Virus record (IMG/VR): IMGVR_UViG_3300021138_000020
Strand: one strand, 5' to 3'
Length of the DNA stretch: 20,000 nt
DNA from: an uncultured virus (IMG/VR IMGVR_UViG_3300021138_000020)
Taxonomy: Duplodnaviria; Heunggongvirae; Uroviricota; Caudoviricetes
Shown: piece after piece, positions 14,561-20,000 of the stretch
Layout of the letters: each line of letters opens with the position of its first letter
Position numbering within the stretch: the stretch's first letter is position 1
Translations under genes and position numbers: made by a program
The notes under the pieces: generated by a model
Databases searched by the model: none
What the model was told of the DNA's origin: nothing
Seen by the model: only the letters and a program-made list of their open reading frames with translations

Positions 14561-17380
14561 ATGCCAAAGTTATTAAGCGGATCAGTATTAAAGAAAGGAA
14601 CCACAGGTACCTATATTAATCTGCCGGAGGCAATGTTTCAAATTCCGCCGTCTCCTACTGTCGACACAGGCTATACTTTAATAGTTGATTCCACATTAAC
14701 ATCGCATTGGGAATCGAGCCTAGGTAATATTCAAGTTAGTTCTGGTACGCTTTATAGTTATACTCCTGATCAAAGCATTCGTTTAGTGGGAACAGGTACT
14801 GGCACTATTATTGTTATAGGTAGCAATCAATCTACTGGTACTAATACAGGAGCATTAGTAGTCAGTGGTGGTGTTGGAATCAGCGGATGCTTAAATGTTG
14901 GCGGTAAAGCTGGCATCGGAGATAGTTTAAATGTAGTAGGAACATCTACATTTATTAGTTCTTCTCAAAGTACATCAACTAATACTGGTGCTGTAACCGT
15001 TACTGGCGGTGTTGGTATTGGCGGTAATTTAAACCTCGGTGGAACATTATCTCTTCATAGTACAGCCAATAGTTTTTCAACAACTACAGGTGCATTGGTT
15101 ATAGCAGGTGGTGCAGGTATTGGTCTGTGTGTTAATATTGGTGGTGCTGTGTTCATTGGAACAAATAGCTATATCAATAATTCCCTTATTATAACTGCAG
15201 TAACAACTTCTACGCTAGCAATTAATAATACTACAACTAGTATTGATACTGCTTCCGGCGCTTTGAAAGTAGCCGGCGGCGTTGGTATCGGCGGTTGTTT
15301 AAATGTCGGAGGTGCTGCATTTCTAGGCACCGATAGTTTTGTATTTGGAAACATTATTGTCACGGCTCCCTTTGGCAGAGTCTTTACAGTAACCAATACC
15401 ACCCAATCTATATCAACTGATACTGGAGCCATTGTTGTCCGTGGCGGCGTCGGTATTGGTAAAAATATAAATGTTGGTGGTAGCGGAAAAATTTTAAGTA
15501 CAGCATCTAGTACATCGACTAACACCGGAGCATTAGTAGTCGGCGGAGGTCTTGGACTAGGTGAAAATTTATATATCGGCGGACTTGCTCAAATTTTTAG
15601 CACTGCCTCTAGCACATCGACTAACACTGGCGCACTAGTAGTCGGTGGGGGCGCTGGCGTTGGAGGAAGCATCTGGGCTGCACAAGATATACATGTTAAT
15701 TGTATAACTATTGGCCGCGGCACAGGCACACAAAATATTATTATTGCTGGCACTTCAACAGTTGGCGGCGTTCCGGGACCTACAGATAGCAACATTAAGA
15801 TTGGCCTAGGTGCTAGTTTCGATGTAGGGGCAAATAATACTAATACTATTGCAATAGGAAATAATGCTCTAGGTGTTGCTACTTGTATTGGAAATACTGT
15901 TGCTATTGGTAATTGCTCTCTAACAGCTCTAAGCCCGAATACTCAAGGCAATGTGGCAATAGGTTATCGTGCTGGTAAGTCTTTGCTTTGCGGTACTGGC
16001 AATGTGCTGTTAGGAAATAATGCTGCGCCAACTTTACAAAACGGAAATTATAATTTCATATTTGGCCCGTGTGCTACACAATCGTTCACTCACGGTGATA
16101 ATAATATTTCCATCAACGGTGACACGCTGCAAGATGGGCAGAGTAATCAAATAAGTTTAGGTGCTGTATTTTATTACAATGGCCAAGGCGAAACATTTAT
16201 TAATTCTAATGTTCAAATGGGGCAGGTGGGCACTCCGGCTAATCCCTGCGGAGCATGTTGTGCTGCTGCATTGTTAGTTGTCGGCGGCGCAGTTGTAAGC
16301 GGTAATTTATTTGTTGGCAATGTTTTGTGTGGATTGTCTGCTAACTTAACTGTTCAATGTAATACTGCCATTGGTAAAGGATTAACAGTTGGCAATAATA
16401 TATCTGTTGCAGGGTGCGGAAATAATGCTTTTGCAGGGTCAATAACTGTTTGCGGCGGATTATGCGTTAAAGGCCTTAGCAATTTTGGTAATTCACTAAT
16501 ACCAACAACTACCGGACTTACATTAGGCAATGCTTGCCATGCCTTTGGAGCATTATATCTTTCGGGACAAACTTTGTATCTAGGTACAGTATCAATAGGA
16601 TCACCTGATGCAAATAATATAACCATTACCAGTCCTGCTGGATTTGTAACGGCTACTATGGGATCATTAATTCTCAATTCAGGAATCCATGCTCTTGGTG
16701 GCTGTACTGGTGCATTACAGATCGTAGGTGGCGGCGGCGCATGTATTAGCGGCGATTTGTATGTTTGCGGCCATATCTACGGTGCTGCTGACAAAGCTAC
16801 GCATGTTGCTGGAGGTACTGCAGGCTCGCTATTATTACAAGCAGCAGCGTGTAATACAACATTCCTAGCACCGGGTAATTTAAACACAGTATTGATTAGT
16901 AATGGGTGTGAACCGTTCTGGGGTTCTTTGCAAACAGTTGTGTCTGGTTATAGTGTCAGTGCAGCTAATAGTGCCACATTCTCGATCACAGCAACCAATG
17001 CATTAAATTCTTATGTTTATCCTAGATGTGGTGATGCAACATTATATGTTCCATTAGTTAATGTTATCAATGGAATAAGTCCAGAAATTGGTGATCCAAA
17101 CTTAACCTATGTAGTAACTACAGGTACAAGTTCGGGAGCAGTAATTTGGAACTCAGGTACATCTATGTTGAATGTACCAGGCAGCATCTATAGCAACGAA
17201 GGTAATAGTCAAGAAAATAATTTATTATACACACCTCGAGTTCTAGTAGGCGACTATACAGTGTTAGATGGTGTCACTCCTAGAGTTGGCGATTTCTGGG
17301 CCGACCAAGGTAGTAGTGCGCTATATCAATATATCAATGATGCAGGCAATGCTTATTGGTTGCAAATAACAGTTTTATAA
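14561..17380 (+). CDS. Tail-fibre or adhesin-like protein with Gly-rich repeats and YadA-head-like repeats, Cys-rich
   Basis: 939 aa with seven clear STxTxTGALVVxGGxGIGxxLNVGG repeats. It also has NTIAIGNNAL/NTVAIGNCSL/NVAIGYRAG/NVLLGNNAA repeats and a C-terminal PRVGDFW...LYQY...W module. Confidence 0.75.
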   Translation: MPKLLSGSVLKKGTTGTYINLPEAMFQIPPSPTVDTGYTLIVDSTLTSHWESSLGNIQVSSGTLYSYTPDQSIRLVGTGTGTIIVIGSNQSTGTNTGALVVSGGVGISGCLNVGGKAGIGDSLNVVGTSTFISSSQSTSTNTGAVTVTGGVGIGGNLNLGGTLSLHSTANSFSTTTGALVIAGGAGIGLCVNIGGAVFIGTNSYINNSLIITAVTTSTLAINNTTTSIDTASGALKVAGGVGIGGCLNVGGAAFLGTDSFVFGNIIVTAPFGRVFTVTNTTQSISTDTGAIVVRGGVGIGKNINVGGSGKILSTASSTSTNTGALVVGGGLGLGENLYIGGLAQIFSTASSTSTNTGALVVGGGAGVGGSIWAAQDIHVNCITIGRGTGTQNIIIAGTSTVGGVPGPTDSNIKIGLGASFDVGANNTNTIAIGNNALGVATCIGNTVAIGNCSLTALSPNTQGNVAIGYRAGKSLLCGTGNVLLGNNAAPTLQNGNYNFIFGPCATQSFTHGDNNISINGDTLQDGQSNQISLGAVFYYNGQGETFINSNVQMGQVGTPANPCGACCAAALLVVGGAVVSGNLFVGNVLCGLSANLTVQCNTAIGKGLTVGNNISVAGCGNNAFAGSITVCGGLCVKGLSNFGNSLIPTTTGLTLGNACHAFGALYLSGQTLYLGTVSIGSPDANNITITSPAGFVTATMGSLILNSGIHALGGCTGALQIVGGGGACISGDLYVCGHIYGAADKATHVAGGTAGSLLLQAAACNTTFLAPGNLNTVLISNGCEPFWGSLQTVVSGYSVSAANSATFSITATNALNSYVYPRCGDATLYVPLVNVINGISPEIGDPNLTYVVTTGTSSGAVIWNSGTSMLNVPGSIYSNEGNSQENNLLYTPRVLVGDYTVLDGVTPRVGDFWADQGSSALYQYINDAGNAYWLQITVL
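15491..15648 (+). repeat. Intragenic direct repeat with a 102-nt (34-codon) period
   Basis: attttaagtacagcatctagtacatcgactaacaccggagcattagtagtcggcgg (from 15491) versus atttttagcactgcctctagcacatcgactaacactggcgcactagtagtcggtgg (from 15593). Both encode I(L/F)STASSTSTNTGALVVGG. Confidence 0.85.
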
Positions 17381-17389
17381 GAGATTAAT

Positions 17390-19270
17390 ATGGCAGGATT
17401 AGGCTTTCCAATCAACCCCACAGTAGGTCAAACATATCAAACAGCAAATAGAACCTATGTATGGAACGGACACGGCTGGGCCATTCAACCAGCACCGGCT
17501 GCCCAAACTTTTTCGGATGTTACTGCTACTAGTATTCAAACTCAAAGTTTAAATGTAGTAGGCACAGCAACAGTTAACGGTGCTGTAATTTTAACCACAG
17601 CTACAATTACTGGAGAAGAAATACCGTTAGGAATACCCGCCGACGGGTCGTTAACAAATAATAATCCTGCGATTGCAACTTGGTTAACAACTACCTATGT
17701 TACTGATGCCATCGACCAATTGAATCAATTGTTAGGCAAATTAATTCCTCCGCAACCTCCGGCATTCCCCAATGGAGTTAGTTTATCTATCAACGGGCTT
17801 GCTCCGGCAGGCACTTTGCGTATGACAGGATTTACACAAATTGATAATACGCCCAGTGGAGGTAATCAAGTTTCGTCTGGTACCAGTGTGTCGAACTATC
17901 TAAGATCGGCATCATTCAGTACTAATTCTATTCCTAATGTTGGGCCCGGTGATACAGGAACTGTAGCCGTTTTGGTTAATAATACCGCTACCGGCAGCAA
18001 CGGAATACAGTTAGCTAGTACCTCGACAAATCAGGGAACATTTGGCAATTTAATCATCAGTAATTATGTCGATTACGGCACAATCGACGGCAAAACTTTA
18101 GGTTTCTGGTGGTGTTTTACCGCCGCAGCATCGGGCACTGTGTCTAGTGGTTGGAACAATATTTCTATGACAGATTCTGCAGCCGGACATACAAATACTT
18201 CAACTTGGTACTATGATGCAAGTAATCCAGGAACTCCTGTGATATCGCAAACTAGCTTCACAACTTCTACCGTTGCTGTTGCTTATAGTTCAGGAGTCCC
18301 TCACTATACTAGCAGCGCTGTTTGGACTATGGTAGGTACTGTTAATAAATTGAGCGGTGATATGTATCCTAACTCGGATACATTCCTAACAGGATCTAGT
18401 GGAGGAGTATTTGCTAGTCCTGCTAGTGTAAATTATTCAGCAGCAGGAGTGTCTACACCTCTAGCTAGAAATTTATATGTCAGTTCTGGTCAAGCAACAT
18501 TTACAACCACAGTGTCTATATCTAATGTAACTGCTTCTAGTTCCTCTGGGCCCAGTGTCAGAGCAAGCAATGGGTATAATAGCGGCTCTTTATCTTTTAG
18601 TCCCAGCGGTACGGTGCTGTCAATTAATCCCACGGATACCAGTGTGCCTAACGAAAACAACATTATTGTCGGCAGCTTTGGTGCAGGGGGAAGTTCGTAT
18701 GCTGTTCGTGTTGGGGGTCTATCTGGCAGCTCAGTAACTCCAGTAACTAATGCTATTGCTGCGTGGACTAGCAATGCCAGTATTCAAGCCACTGATGCTA
18801 CTGTTGTTGCTGGTGTTATTAAGTTTGATCAAACAAATTATTCTACAGGATATTTCCCTGCAGGCCCTAATCTTACTAATCAAAACGCTACACAATACAT
18901 AACATTTAGAATACAACGTGCAGGTGTTAGTAAGTTTAATATTTCTTTTACTGGTAAAATTGCAGACTGCTGGGTGTCGATGCCAGGTACTAGCCTTGAT
19001 ACAACTGCAGCATCTACGCATGGATGGATTACTCCTACCATTGCCTATACAGGTGCAGGTGTGCCCGGAGACGGAACTGGCGGCAATGGATCTCTAGGAT
19101 GTTCGCTAGCAGGCACTATGGTAAAGAACAGTTCAGGCTCACAAAACATTACAGTGACGTTTGGTACAGAATCTAGCTCTAATAGCACCAACAATTACAT
19201 ATATGTTCGATTCCAAATGACCAGCGGATGCAGTATAACAGCATTAAGTTTCCCTAATCCAACTAACTAA
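17390..19270 (+). CDS. Putative virion structural or fibre-associated protein
   Basis: 626 aa, S/T/G-rich. It has an N-terminal FPINPTVGQTY...YVWNGHGW module and a short helical segment VTDAIDQLNQLLGKL, followed by beta-rich domains. Confidence 0.7.
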   Translation: MAGLGFPINPTVGQTYQTANRTYVWNGHGWAIQPAPAAQTFSDVTATSIQTQSLNVVGTATVNGAVILTTATITGEEIPLGIPADGSLTNNNPAIATWLTTTYVTDAIDQLNQLLGKLIPPQPPAFPNGVSLSINGLAPAGTLRMTGFTQIDNTPSGGNQVSSGTSVSNYLRSASFSTNSIPNVGPGDTGTVAVLVNNTATGSNGIQLASTSTNQGTFGNLIISNYVDYGTIDGKTLGFWWCFTAAASGTVSSGWNNISMTDSAAGHTNTSTWYYDASNPGTPVISQTSFTTSTVAVAYSSGVPHYTSSAVWTMVGTVNKLSGDMYPNSDTFLTGSSGGVFASPASVNYSAAGVSTPLARNLYVSSGQATFTTTVSISNVTASSSSGPSVRASNGYNSGSLSFSPSGTVLSINPTDTSVPNENNIIVGSFGAGGSSYAVRVGGLSGSSVTPVTNAIAAWTSNASIQATDATVVAGVIKFDQTNYSTGYFPAGPNLTNQNATQYITFRIQRAGVSKFNISFTGKIADCWVSMPGTSLDTTAASTHGWITPTIAYTGAGVPGDGTGGNGSLGCSLAGTMVKNSSGSQNITVTFGTESSSNSTNNYIYVRFQMTSGCSITALSFPNPTN

Positions 19271-19287
19271 TATAGAGACAGAATAAA

Positions 19288-20000
19288 ATGGCTATTTCGA
19301 TTAATCAACAAGTTGACATATTGTATAAGAAGTTAATCTACGGAGTAACTACTACCAATTGTGCGGCTAACAAAAGCCCTAGTAACGAAGCTATTAATAG
19401 TCCCTTATTAATTCGCGGAGACTTAGTTTGGGCACAGGCAGCCGAACTACCTGCGGTGGCCCCTGTCACATCGAGTAGTCTTGTAATGGTCTATAACGAT
19501 GCTAGTTCTACTACTGTTAAAGCTACAGAGGATCCTACTTCTACTCTAAATAGAGCCTGGATCACAGGAGTTAAAAACTGGATTCCTCCGCAATTTGGTG
19601 CTAGCTATGCTATTAAAGTCTATGCTGCTTCTACTAGTACAACAACTCCGCAGACATCGGGAACACTATTGCCTACCGACGGTTCGGGCAACAGCGACTC
19701 CTACGAATTTGATTATCAAGCAGGTGTTCTATATTTTGCTGATACTAATATTCCTACTGCGTTATCAGCGGGCAAGGCTATTTTTATTGCAGGGTATAGC
19801 TATGCGGGCACACTGGGAATTAGTACCAGCACTGGCAATTTAAATGTCAGTAATCAATTAAATGCTTCTAGTACAGCTAGTTCTACTGGTACAAGTTCAG
19901 GTGCTTTAGTAGTTGCGGGCGGAATGGGAGTAGGTGGAAATGTCTACGTAGGTGGTACAATGACCAGCTACTATGCTGTGATCAACGGCAATCAAAATTC
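19288..20000 (+). CDS. Putative virion structural or fibre protein, N-terminal part (runs off the right edge; missing from the ORF track)
   Basis: ATG 19288 opens a frame with no stop to the end of the window: MAISINQQVDILYKKLIYG...NWIPPQFGASYAIKVY...YEFDYQAGVLYF...GYSYAGTLG...SSGALVVAGGMGVGGNVYVGG. It carries the same repeat as 14561..17380. Confidence 0.85.
   Translation, partial: MAISINQQVDILYKKLIYGVTTTNCAANKSPSNEAINSPLLIRGDLVWAQAAELPAVAPVTSSSLVMVYNDASSTTVKATEDPTSTLNRAWITGVKNWIPPQFGASYAIKVYAASTSTTTPQTSGTLLPTDGSGNSDSYEFDYQAGVLYFADTNIPTALSAGKAIFIAGYSYAGTLGISTSTGNLNVSNQLNASSTASSTGTSSGALVVAGGMGVGGNVYVGGTMTSYYAVINGNQN

Noticed and set aside
15491..15648. Possible DGR template/variable repeat pair or CRISPR-like repeat
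   Set aside because: Both copies are in-frame coding repeats differing mostly at third positions. The differences are not adenine-specific, there is no reverse transcriptase in the window, and there is no repeat-spacer array.
1492..19021. Numerous minus-strand ORFs (e.g. 3770..4102, 4804..5211, 5464..5919, 15169..15525, 16354..16677, 18490..18774)
   Set aside because: All overlap well-supported + strand genes and show no recognisable motifs. They are antisense shadows of biased codon usage.
11634..19843. Short + strand out-of-frame ORFs (11634..11843, 18555..18737, 19595..19843)
   Set aside because: They are nested in long genes in another frame, and I saw no RBS or frameshift signal for them.
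1..20000. Stop-codon reassignment (alternative genetic code)
   Set aside because: Genes tile the window densely under the standard code with TAA/TGA stops. TAG is not used as a primary stop here, but there are no in-frame TAG interruptions that would indicate recoding.

Overview
This window is the virion morphogenesis region of a large T4-like (gp20/21/22/23-type) tailed phage. All real genes are on the + strand and use the standard genetic code. Gene order: C-terminal part of a tape-measure-like protein, portal (gp20), a small protein, a very acidic putative prohead-core protein, prohead protease (gp21), scaffold (gp22), major capsid protein (gp23) and a terminator. Then come a free-standing GIY-YIG (Seg-like) endonuclease, a small ORF, a separately transcribed structural gene with a structured 5' leader, and a run of large Ser/Thr/Gly-rich fibre or virion proteins that continues off the right edge. 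The most notable signals are five. (1) A three-way-junction RNA lies between a TAAATA late-promoter motif and the RBS of 8313..9212. (2) TAAATA motifs sit 4-5 nt before ATGs that lack a usable SD, suggesting leaderless late mRNAs. (3) The endonuclease has both a sigma70-type and a late-type promoter. (4) A patch of atypical synonymous codons at the 3' end of gene 23 may be the immunised endonuclease target. (5) One fibre protein is unusually Cys-rich. All calls come from reading the sequence; no searches were run.
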